Positions 28,913 to 37,657 of a DNA stretch of 64,000 nucleotides are shown piece after piece. This DNA comes from Candidatus Poribacteria bacterium (lineage in GTDB: Bacteria > Poribacteria > WGA-4E > PCPOR2b): contig OZ242351.1 in the NCBI GenBank assembly GCA_965208675.1, positions 768,001 through 832,000 on the forward strand, in the 5' to 3' direction. The translations under genes were made by a program, and so were the position numbers. The notes beneath the pieces were generated by a model that did not search any database, had not been told where the DNA came from, and saw nothing but the letters and a program-made list of their open reading frames with translations. How positions within the stretch are numbered: the stretch's first letter is position 1; each line of letters starts with the position of its first letter.

Positions 28913-29941
28913 TTAATGTCTTCCGGCAAGTTTCATCTTCCCCCATATTGCGGTTAGCTTGGCAGCCGGTGAAACTGAAAACGCAATCCGCGGATCGAAC
29001 CATGCGGGATACAGGTCATTTGATTCATTATTCGTTAGGTTGGTTGGGTTACCGCCATCAGCGTCCATCACGTAAATTTCTACGTCTCCGTCACGCAGAG
29101 TGGAAAACGCTATCCGCCTACCATTTGGGGACCATGCAGGATAATCATCCCAACTAAAATCATTGGTCAGGTTCGTGGGATTCCCGCCGTCAGCGGCGTC
29201 GATAATGTATATTTCATTGTTAAAGTCCCGGGTCGCCGAAAAAGCAATCTTCTGGCCGGTTCGCGTCTGCCAGGCTGGATTCCTGTCATCATTGGGATCG
29301 TCCGTCAGACGTTTTTGATTTTCACCATTCGCATCCATCGAATAGATTTCAAAATTTCCATCCCGACTGCTAGCCCAAGCAATCTTTTTCCCGTCGGGCG
29401 ACCAAGTAGGTTCCATATCCTGATCTTTATGTTTTGTAACTCGAAAGGTGTTTTCCTGATCACCAAATTCAGCAATTTCCCAAGGAGCGAAATCACCGTC
29501 CAGCGCTCTGACAACCCAGAGGTCGAAATTCCAGCCTTCATTAACATTTGCGTGGACGAATGCTATCCACTCACCGTCAGGCGACCAAGACGGTGTCAGG
29601 TCTCGCACTCCAGCAGTCAGTTTGCGGCTCTCCTTGCCTCCGGAATCCATAATGTGAATATGCTCCCAGTGCCCTCCTCGATTTGAGGCGAACACGATTC
29701 GCGTTCCATCCGGCGACCACGAAGGCGATAGGTCCCGAGCGCTGTCCTTCGTTAATTTTTTCGGATTCTGCCCGTCGACGTCCATTATCCAAATCTCTTC
29801 GTTCTTGCTTCTGTCGGATTCGAAAACGATTACGGCTCTATCGGGCGCTTCTTGCGCAGCGCCGCGCATCGGCGAAAGAAACACCGCCATCGCGATTGTA
29901 ACATGTAGCGCGATGTACAGTAGCATGTTACGGTGGTGCAT
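28913..29941 (-). CDS. Secreted TolB-like beta-propeller (PD40 repeats) with conserved C-terminal tail
   Basis: Repeated P.WSPDG..I.F.S.R; tail FSVSPAAKLTAIWGKMK. Confidence 0.9.
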   Translation of the reverse strand: MHHRNMLLYIALHVTIAMAVFLSPMRGAAQEAPDRAVIVFESDRSKNEEIWIMDVDGQNPKKLTKDSARDLSPSWSPDGTRIVFASNRGGHWEHIHIMDSGGKESRKLTAGVRDLTPSWSPDGEWIAFVHANVNEGWNFDLWVVRALDGDFAPWEIAEFGDQENTFRVTKHKDQDMEPTWSPDGKKIAWASSRDGNFEIYSMDANGENQKRLTDDPNDDRNPAWQTRTGQKIAFSATRDFNNEIYIIDAADGGNPTNLTNDFSWDDYPAWSPNGRRIAFSTLRDGDVEIYVMDADGGNPTNLTNNESNDLYPAWFDPRIAFSVSPAAKLTAIWGKMKLAGRH

Positions 29942-30011
29942 ATGATCCCCCTGTTTATCTGCTCAATGTATTCGAAAGACCACTCCCGACACTACATGGG
30001 TACTTTACCGC

Positions 30012-31157
30012 CTATAGCTTGCTTGTTACCCACTTGACCTTGCCCCAAGTAGTTGTAGCTTTGTCGGCTGGAGACACCGAGAATGCAACAACTGGGTCAA
30101 ACCAAGCCGGGTTGGCGTTGAACGCCTCTTCAGTGTTAGTCAAGTTGGTCGGATTTCCGCCGTCCGCATCCATCACATAGATTTCGCCGTTGCCATCCCG
30201 CAGCGTTGCAAAGGCAATCTTACTGCCGTTCGGCGACCACTCTGGAAAATCGTCCCAATTGAAGTCATTCGTCAAATTTCTTTGGTTTCCCCCATCGACA
30301 TCCATTACGTAGATTTCATTGTTGAAGTCGCGCGTTGACGAAAAAGCAATTTTCCGACCGAATTTCGGCTGCCATGCCGGCGATTTATCGTCTCCAGGGT
30401 CGTTTGTAAGCCTTTTTCCATTCTCGCCGCTGGCGTCCATCACATAAATCTCAAAGTTGCCATTCCGATTTGTTGACCAAACAATCTTCTTGCCGTCTGG
30501 CGACCAATCAGGCTCAATGTCCGTGTCCCCGTGCTGTGTCAACTGCAATGGATCGACGCCTATATCTCCGTGCTCAACCTCCAGAAGGTAAATCTCGTAG
30601 TTCCATTCTGCTGCGCGGGGTGATCCAATTAGAATTGACGCACCATTTGGTGACCACCTCGGCCCCTTGTCCTGTGCACCATTTTCGGTCAACCTACGCA
30701 CGTCTTTACCTGCGTTGGACATTATAAACACATCTTCAAAGTGCGCCGCACGGTTGGACATGAATGCAATCCATTCTCCATCCGGAGACCACGCCGGTTC
30801 CGTGTCTTCCTTTTTGTCCTTTGTCAACCGAACAGGATTTCCTCCATCCGTATCCATAATGTAAATTTCGCTGTTGCCGTCTCGATTAGATTCAAACGCA
30901 ATTTTGGCAACATCGGGCGGCGCAGCGTAAACTTCGTCCGCAAGCACAATCATCGCAAACACTAGCACGCTGTACAAACCTAACCGCCCGACGATTTGAT
31001 GCGGTGAAATTCTTGGCGTACCATTTGTGATATGCACGCAGCGATTTTCGGCAATCATTTGGGCAATAGAATTACCGTTGCGTTCGTTAAGGAACAAAGT
31101 CACAGATTTTGGGCGGCAGCCAAAACCGTCAGAAGTCGGAGTATTGGCTAACTCCAT
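30012..31157 (-). CDS. TolB-like beta-propeller (PD40 repeats) with conserved C-terminal tail; paralog of the neighbouring gene (true start probably downstream of 31157)
   Basis: KIAFESNRDGNSEIY and WSPDG repeats; tail FSVSPADKATTTWGKVK. Confidence 0.88.
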   Translation of the reverse strand: MELANTPTSDGFGCRPKSVTLFLNERNGNSIAQMIAENRCVHITNGTPRISPHQIVGRLGLYSVLVFAMIVLADEVYAAPPDVAKIAFESNRDGNSEIYIMDTDGGNPVRLTKDKKEDTEPAWSPDGEWIAFMSNRAAHFEDVFIMSNAGKDVRRLTENGAQDKGPRWSPNGASILIGSPRAAEWNYEIYLLEVEHGDIGVDPLQLTQHGDTDIEPDWSPDGKKIVWSTNRNGNFEIYVMDASGENGKRLTNDPGDDKSPAWQPKFGRKIAFSSTRDFNNEIYVMDVDGGNQRNLTNDFNWDDFPEWSPNGSKIAFATLRDGNGEIYVMDADGGNPTNLTNTEEAFNANPAWFDPVVAFSVSPADKATTTWGKVKWVTSKL

Positions 31158-31278
31158 ATCCTGAAAATTCCGGCTCTTCCAAAAATTCTTGAGGTATATT
31201 CACTGTAGTCGATTGGAGTTCATAATCTACATTTCCAAATTGCCGCAAAACATGGATGCTGTCTCACACTCGTTTACT

Positions 31279-32082
31279 CTAATCTAGCCGCGACTTGACA
31301 TAGCCCCAACTCGTGGGCAACTTGCCACCGGGTTGAACACTCAATGGGATGCCGCTCATGAATTCATTGATGTCGTCCTCTGATAGTGCCGCCTTAAAAA
31401 GAGCAACTTCATCAATCAATCCGCCAAACGGCTCGCCGATAGCAATATGTGACCGTTCGCCAATCATAAAGAGCGGATCTCCAACGAACTGTATTTCTCC
31501 TTTGCGATCTTTGTGATTTGCAACTTCTTCACCGTTCACGTAGGAGATTGCCTCATCGCCGGTAAACACAAATGCGAGATGCGTCCATTCTTTCGATGCA
31601 ACCTGTCCGGAGTCGTACTCACGGTCCTTCGCCACACCGCCTTCCACCAAATTAAGCCACGTCGCCATAGCACCGCCTCGAACTCCGATTTGATGCCCGA
31701 CCCAAGGGTCGTCCCATTGTGCTTGATCGTCGTGCGGAACACCTGCGACATATTGAGTCGGTCCCGAGTCATCCGGATTTGCCCATGCCATCAGTGTCAA
31801 GTTCTGAGAAATGCGTAAATCGGCCGAGTTTGCAATCTGTACGGCATTCCCATCTTTTTTCAAAAACTTTACCGCGCCCTTGGGGCCTTCAATCGGCGCG
31901 CCGTCATTTTTTACTAGTGCGGCGACGCCTTTCATCTGGCCGTCATGCCCGTTTCCGGTTGCGTCTTTCGGATCGCCGTCAAACTTCCAGTACGCAACGA
32001 GATCATCAACCTGCGAATTCCCCGCGACAGGCATTGCCATCAATAGGCTCACGATGGCTAACGTAACTACAATAAGTTTCAT
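31279..32082 (-). CDS. Secreted LamG domain protein with conserved C-terminal tail
   Basis: LVAYWKFDG, WTHLAFVF, GLIDEVALF; tail SVQPGGKLPTSWGYVK. Confidence 0.9.
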   Translation of the reverse strand: MKLIVVTLAIVSLLMAMPVAGNSQVDDLVAYWKFDGDPKDATGNGHDGQMKGVAALVKNDGAPIEGPKGAVKFLKKDGNAVQIANSADLRISQNLTLMAWANPDDSGPTQYVAGVPHDDQAQWDDPWVGHQIGVRGGAMATWLNLVEGGVAKDREYDSGQVASKEWTHLAFVFTGDEAISYVNGEEVANHKDRKGEIQFVGDPLFMIGERSHIAIGEPFGGLIDEVALFKAALSEDDINEFMSGIPLSVQPGGKLPTSWGYVKSRLD

Positions 32083-32122
32083 TATTGCTGATTCCTCCTA
32101 TCCTAAGGTATGTGTGTTACGT

Positions 32123-32164
32123 ACTCAACCTTCGGTGGTTTTTGACCCGCGTCGAAGGTTGAGT
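32123..32164. terminator. Intergenic hairpin between tandem LamG genes
   Basis: ACTCAACCTTCG...CGAAGGTTGAGT, a 12-bp perfect inverted repeat. Confidence 0.55.
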
Positions 32165-32193
32165 TTATTTTACGAAATTGGAACACAATAGGG

Positions 32194-32976
32194 TTAACGG
32201 TCCCGCTTCAGATTTCCCCAGGTAGTGGCTAATTTACTTTCCGGTTCAACTGCGCCGCCAGGCTCGATTCCACCCATGTCTGCTTGGATTTGTTCTGGGC
32301 TTCTTACGCCGTTCCACAGTGCAACTTCGTCAATAGCGCCCTTGAAAAATTCGCCAATAGCTTCTTTCGATCGAACGCCGACCACGAAACTCGGTGAACC
32401 CTCGTATGTAGTTTCTCCATCACGGTCACCATTGTTGGCAACCTCCTCACCATTGACGTAAGAAATGGCTGTGTCCCCATCAAATGTAAAGGCTATGTGA
32501 GTCCACACACCCGACTCAATCGATCCCGAGTCGTATTCGCGATCAACACCAGCAATGCTCACCCATGTTGCCATTGCGCCGCCGCGAACACCGATCTGCT
32601 GACCGACCCAGGGATCGTCCCATTCAGCGCCATCATCAAAAGGCGTTCCACAAGCGAATTGCGTAGGACCCGCATCTTCGGAATTGACCCATGCTTCAAG
32701 TGTGACGTATTTTGCAATTTGGAACATATCGGAATTCCCGGCGTCAATGAAGTCGTCTGCGCCGTCAAACTGAACAGCGCCGCCCATCGGACCCGACGTC
32801 CTAGCAACACCGTTCATCAGAGTCCCATGATTCCCGTTGCCGCTGCCATCCATAGCCGTATCACCGGAACCCTCTTCGAAGTTGAAATACAGCACTAAAT
32901 CTTGTGCGACACCAATCGAGGTAAAACCCGCCGTCAACAACGCGACAAGCGCAATTGTTAAACTCAAATTTCTCAT
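32194..32976 (-). CDS. Secreted LamG domain protein with conserved C-terminal tail
   Basis: LVLYFNFEEGSG, WTHIAFTFDG, GAIDEVALWN; tail AVEPESKLATTWGNLK. Confidence 0.9.
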   Translation of the reverse strand: MRNLSLTIALVALLTAGFTSIGVAQDLVLYFNFEEGSGDTAMDGSGNGNHGTLMNGVARTSGPMGGAVQFDGADDFIDAGNSDMFQIAKYVTLEAWVNSEDAGPTQFACGTPFDDGAEWDDPWVGQQIGVRGGAMATWVSIAGVDREYDSGSIESGVWTHIAFTFDGDTAISYVNGEEVANNGDRDGETTYEGSPSFVVGVRSKEAIGEFFKGAIDEVALWNGVRSPEQIQADMGGIEPGGAVEPESKLATTWGNLKRDR

Positions 32977-33271
32977 TCAAATTCTCCTAGTCTTATTTTA
33001 ATTTTTTCAGAATTTTCAGTGACATCTGTGAATCTACTATTATACTAATTTTCAAAAAAAAATCCAAGAAAAATATTGAACTTTAGACATACGCAGATTA
33101 ACATCCAAATTTTAGAACTCGGGTTATGCCATTCGGTTCATACCAACCACCTTTTCGATGCAAAGTGTCTGATGCCTAATGGCTTGAACAGATCCGATAA
33201 TGACGGACGCAGATAGAATTTTAAAGCCTTGTGAGAGAAGTTTTTAGACGGTTACATGTCACAGATTTTCG

Positions 33272-33300
33272 TTGCAGGCTCCATTCAGGTATGCTATAAT
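33272..33300 (+). promoter_or_regulatory. Sigma70-type promoter (extended -10) for the ppa-like/mtnA/E2 unit
   Basis: TTGCAG-17 nt-TATAAT, with TG at the extended -10 position (TGCTATAAT). Confidence 0.55.
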
Positions 33301-33532
33301 GAGACAAAATGAAAATGAATTTACAGTCTTAATCCCGGCACGCTATTTCATAATAGGAGGTGCCGTAAAAAGGCAATTTTTTTCAGTCGAATTAACGTGT
33401 AGGAACCGGAATTCCCGTTTAGAATGGCTGCTTAATTTCAACTGAGAGCGGTTGATTTTTTTCTTGAATCATTCAGATCTCATGGGCCGAGAATATCAAA
33501 ACTAACTGTTAGCTACTATAGAAGGTAAAAAG

Positions 33533-34168
33533 ATGAATCTGCAGGAAATCTCCCTTGGACGTCATGCACCTTCGATAGTCAATGTCGTCATTGAAGCATC
33601 GAAGAACAGTCAGGAGAAATATCACTTCCACGCCAAGAGCGGCAGATTTAAACTGGCGTATAAGTTCAGCGTGCCGGTTCCAACAGAATACGGTTGGATA
33701 CCAGAAACCATAGCGGAGGATGGACACTTCCTCAATGCCATGGTGATTGGCCGTGAGCCGACTCACCCGGGTTATATCTGTGAGGCGCGCCCGATTGGCA
33801 TGCTGAAACGGAAAGACAACGATCATCACGTAATTTGTGTTCTGCTGGGCGACGAAGAGTACGCTTCCATTCAGGATATTGCCGACCTGAATATCAATTG
33901 GATACGGAAGATTGTCGCCTTTTTTGAACCCTACTTTGCGCTGTCCGGCTGGCTCACCAGAATCGAAGCAATAGAGGCGATTAAAACCGCGCACGGGAAA
34001 TACCGCACTAGACGCAGACGGCCGCACACTGCAAGAGGGCGCAGAAACAAACCGGCTCTAAGTGGTTCAAACAATACCCGCACGCCGCAGGTCGAATCGG
34101 GCGATGACCGTGAGCGAGTTGATGCACCTTATCCCGCGGAGGAAGAGGATGCCCACCCCAACAATTGA
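33533..34168 (+). CDS. Family I inorganic pyrophosphatase-like protein with degenerate active-site motif
   Basis: VNVVIE, KY, YGWIPET..EDG, ARPIGML. The canonical DGDPLD motif reads DGHFLN. Arg-rich tail. Confidence 0.8.
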   Translation: MNLQEISLGRHAPSIVNVVIEASKNSQEKYHFHAKSGRFKLAYKFSVPVPTEYGWIPETIAEDGHFLNAMVIGREPTHPGYICEARPIGMLKRKDNDHHVICVLLGDEEYASIQDIADLNINWIRKIVAFFEPYFALSGWLTRIEAIEAIKTAHGKYRTRRRRPHTARGRRNKPALSGSNNTRTPQVESGDDRERVDAPYPAEEEDAHPNN

Positions 34169-35219
34169 GTGGGTTGATGGCGGCGTACGTCTGATCGATC
34201 AAACCCTGCTGCCGAATGAACTCAAACAGATAGATTGCAATGATGTAGAATGCGTTTGGGAAGCAATTAAGTCGCTTAGAGTTCGCGGTGCACCCGCGAT
34301 TGGAATAGCGGCCGCTTTGGGCACAGTTTTAGGAATCTGGAACTCAAAAAAAACAAGATACACTGAATTTGTCGATGAACTTCATGGAGTGACAGACTAT
34401 CTTGCGTCCTCTCGTCCAACGGCCGTGAACCTGTTTTGGGCACTCGACCGCATGAAGATGACAGCAGAAAAGCACAATCATCTAAAGATTGCCGAGATCA
34501 AGCGGATTTTGCTGGATGAAGCACTGAAAATCATCGATGAAGACCGCGCGATGTGCCGCGCAATTGGAGAACACGGTCTAAGTCTCATAAAAAACAACGA
34601 TACAATTTTGACACATTGTAATGCCGGAGGATTAGCAACTGCTGACTATGGGACGGCTCTAGCAGTGATGTTCAAAGCTCATGAGTCCGGTAAGAAAATT
34701 CGAGTCTACGCCGATGAGACGAGGCCGCTGCTCCAAGGATCCCGTTTGACGACTTGGGAGTTGATGCAAGCGGGTATAGATGTGACGCTAATCTGCGACA
34801 ACATGGCAGCACAAGTGATGAAAGAGGGTAAAATTCAGTGCGTTATTGTGGGCGCGGACCGTATCGCAGCAAATGGAGACGCAGCAAATAAAATTGGAAC
34901 ATACGGCGTCGCTGTACTAGCTGAAGCCCATGAAATCCCATTCTATGTCGCTGCCCCAACATCAACACTTGATTTCTCATTAGACACCGGAGCGCAAATC
35001 CCCATTGAACAGCGCCGCGCTGAAGAAATAACAGAGGGGTTTGGGAGACAGACTGCTCCGGAAGGCGTCAAAGTTTACAGTCCTGCCTTCGATGTTACGC
35101 CAGCCCGCTTAATTGATGCAATTATCACGGACAAGGGAATTGTACGCCCACCCTATGAAATTAACCTGAAAGTGCTCGCCGATAATCGAGAAATGCCCAA
35201 CCACGCTCAGAGTAGCTAA
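34149..35219 (+). CDS. mtnA: S-methyl-5-thioribose-1-phosphate isomerase
   Basis: LIDQT.LP, VRGAPAIG, SRPTAVNLFWA, LTHCNAG.LAT, ETRPLLQGSRLT.WEL, GADRIAANGD.ANKIGTY, PAFDVTP; start MPTPTIEW after GAGG. Confidence 0.95.
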   Translation: MPTPTIEWVDGGVRLIDQTLLPNELKQIDCNDVECVWEAIKSLRVRGAPAIGIAAALGTVLGIWNSKKTRYTEFVDELHGVTDYLASSRPTAVNLFWALDRMKMTAEKHNHLKIAEIKRILLDEALKIIDEDRAMCRAIGEHGLSLIKNNDTILTHCNAGGLATADYGTALAVMFKAHESGKKIRVYADETRPLLQGSRLTTWELMQAGIDVTLICDNMAAQVMKEGKIQCVIVGADRIAANGDAANKIGTYGVAVLAEAHEIPFYVAAPTSTLDFSLDTGAQIPIEQRRAEEITEGFGRQTAPEGVKVYSPAFDVTPARLIDAIITDKGIVRPPYEINLKVLADNREMPNHAQSS

Positions 35220-35289
35220 AGTAGCTTGAAGTTGTTTCAGTGAGTTTGGCTTTAACCGAAACACCGCTAACCGCCACACCATTTTAAGG

Positions 35290-36654
35290 ATGAAAATGGC
35301 TACCCCTGTTGTTATGCCCAAGCTCGGGCAATCTGTAGAAAGTTGCATTATCGTCAGTTGGAAAAAAGAAAAAGGGGATTCTATCGCTGAAGGCGAATTG
35401 CTCTGCGAAATAGAAACCGATAAGGCAACGCTTGAACTGGAAAGCACCGCTGCTGGGACGATATTGGAACTATTTTTCAGCGAGGGCGATGAGGTCCAGG
35501 TTCAGTCCAATATCGCCGTAATTGGGGAACCTGGAGAAGATGTGAATAGCTGGCGGACCGACTCGGTGGCAAAGACCTCTGCGGGAGAAGGCACGGATCG
35601 TAATTCCGGTGACGCGGTTGAGCCAGCTCCAACCGAACAGAATACTTCACCGCAACCTCCCATCATCCAAGCTACGCCGACACGAACAAGTTTAAACTCT
35701 ACTAGGATGTCGCCTCGTGCCGCACATTTGGCGGCAAAGCACGGCGTAAATACTGCGAATGTTCGTGGAACTGGCCCGGGCGGCCGCATAATCGCACGAG
35801 ATATACAAACATCCCTCGCCGACAGACAGCCGATGACACCTCGTGCGAAGGACGCGGCGGCACAGGACGACCTCATTGCACCAACCCACGGTTCAGGAAT
35901 TGGCGGGCGGGTGACCGCTGGAGATCTGCGTGCTAAAGAGAATACCCCTTCGCCGGCGAGTGAAATAAACACGATTCCGCTTAAAGGCATAAGAAAGATT
36001 GTCGCCGAGCGCATGTTAAGTTCCATGCAATCCACAGCTCAACTCACACTTAATGCATCGGCGGATGCACGCGCGTTACTAGCGTATCGTGAGTGTTTGA
36101 AGCAAAGTGAGGAATCGCTCGACTTACGAGGCATCACCGTCAACGATTTACTGCTATTCGCCGTGTCAAGGACATTGGCTGAATACCCTGACTTAAATGC
36201 ACTTTTCACGGAAGACACAATTTACCAATATCGGGACGTACACCTAGGGTTTGCGGTGGATACGCCTCGCGGTTTAATAGTGCCGGTAATTCACAATGCT
36301 AACGCTTTAAATTTGAAAGGCATTTCTCAAGAATCGAAAAAGCTCGCTGCCGCCTGTATAGAAGGAAATGTATCACCCGACGCATTGACCGGCGGAACCT
36401 TTACAGTGACGAACCTCGGCGGATTAGGGATCGAGAACTTTACACCCATTCTCAATCCGCCTCAGACTGGAATTCTTGGAATAGGAAGCGTAAACCTAAA
36501 ACCGATGGAAATCGGAGGCGACGTGCAGTTTGTTCCGCACATTGGATTATCTTTGACAATAAACCACCAAGTGGTTGATGGAGCGCCTGCCGCGCGGTTT
36601 CTGCAGACGTTATCGCAACGATTGGCTAATTTCAATTCTTTGCTGGCTATGTAA
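35290..36654 (+). CDS. 2-oxoacid dehydrogenase E2 (dihydrolipoamide acyltransferase)
   Basis: Lipoyl motif EIETDKA, two E3/E1-binding repeats, TFTVTNLG, FTPILNPPQ, NHQVVDGA. Confidence 0.93.
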   Translation: MKMATPVVMPKLGQSVESCIIVSWKKEKGDSIAEGELLCEIETDKATLELESTAAGTILELFFSEGDEVQVQSNIAVIGEPGEDVNSWRTDSVAKTSAGEGTDRNSGDAVEPAPTEQNTSPQPPIIQATPTRTSLNSTRMSPRAAHLAAKHGVNTANVRGTGPGGRIIARDIQTSLADRQPMTPRAKDAAAQDDLIAPTHGSGIGGRVTAGDLRAKENTPSPASEINTIPLKGIRKIVAERMLSSMQSTAQLTLNASADARALLAYRECLKQSEESLDLRGITVNDLLLFAVSRTLAEYPDLNALFTEDTIYQYRDVHLGFAVDTPRGLIVPVIHNANALNLKGISQESKKLAAACIEGNVSPDALTGGTFTVTNLGGLGIENFTPILNPPQTGILGIGSVNLKPMEIGGDVQFVPHIGLSLTINHQVVDGAPAARFLQTLSQRLANFNSLLAM

Positions 36655-36754
36655 CCGAGCTAAATCATCGCAGAAATAGCGGTAGACATAGATTTGGCAA
36701 TTCGAAAAGTGTCTGCGAATTTGCAAATGGATAGCAACATAGCTGGGGAATGCA

Positions 36755-37549
36755 ATGCCGAAATCCCGCATAATTTTTCTATTTCTAATCGTCCCGACAA
36801 TCGCTGGCTGTGCCACGCCGTATGTGCGGCAGTGGGAGTCTCAACTTTGGCAAGTGCCAAACGAATCCGCTGGCGCAACACCGGAATTCGGCCAGTTCAA
36901 TGCACAGGATCTAGATTTTGGAATAATCTGTACAGAATTCCGGCAGGTCGGTAATCCAAATAACCGTATCATCGGCATTGGTGTCTCATGCCGCAATGAC
37001 GCTATGGAACCAATGTCTTTGCCGTTAAATCCAATTCAGGTTGTTGATGCGTCAAAAGTATTGGCAAAACCTCTCTCCCTGAACCACGTTATGTATAAGT
37101 TTTACGGGGGCGGGTTGCGTGAAGACGCCCAGATTGAACGCCTTGCTGAAACCAGTAAGCCGTTAGCCGCTTACGGGAGTTCATTCTTGGAAAACGTGCT
37201 TATTGGGGTAATAAATGCATATCGGGAATACGAACACGGGGCAATTATTTCTGAATTCCACCGTAAGGAGGCCTTGCCGTACGATTTGTATTATAAAGGC
37301 TTCACACCGACGACATTGCCGACAGGCGTTTCAACGGTGTGGATAACATATTACCCTATTACAACGGACACATTAACGGTAATGTTACACGGAGGAAAAA
37401 TCGAGGAGGGAATAATCTTCGAACAACCGCCGCCGCCAGCACAACCAAAAGTAAATTCCGAGGAACGCGAAGCAGATCTTTCGGGAGTGTGGATATTGCA
37501 CGTTACTTTTGTTGCCTTCATGATTATTATCGTCATGAGTACGAATTAA
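36755..37549 (+). CDS. Hypothetical lipoprotein with C-terminal hydrophobic helix
   Basis: Lipobox IAG-C after a hydrophobic stretch; PPPP linker and a terminal TM-like segment. Confidence 0.7.
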   Translation: MPKSRIIFLFLIVPTIAGCATPYVRQWESQLWQVPNESAGATPEFGQFNAQDLDFGIICTEFRQVGNPNNRIIGIGVSCRNDAMEPMSLPLNPIQVVDASKVLAKPLSLNHVMYKFYGGGLREDAQIERLAETSKPLAAYGSSFLENVLIGVINAYREYEHGAIISEFHRKEALPYDLYYKGFTPTTLPTGVSTVWITYYPITTDTLTVMLHGGKIEEGIIFEQPPPPAQPKVNSEEREADLSGVWILHVTFVAFMIIIVMSTN

Positions 37550-37657
37550 CCTTTAAAACCACGACCGGGACAACGGAGAGAAGTTGCTATTCCAGTGAAC
37601 AAAGTTGCGAGAATTGTGTCCCAGCAAGTGTAGTTCATATGCATCTTAATTGTCACT

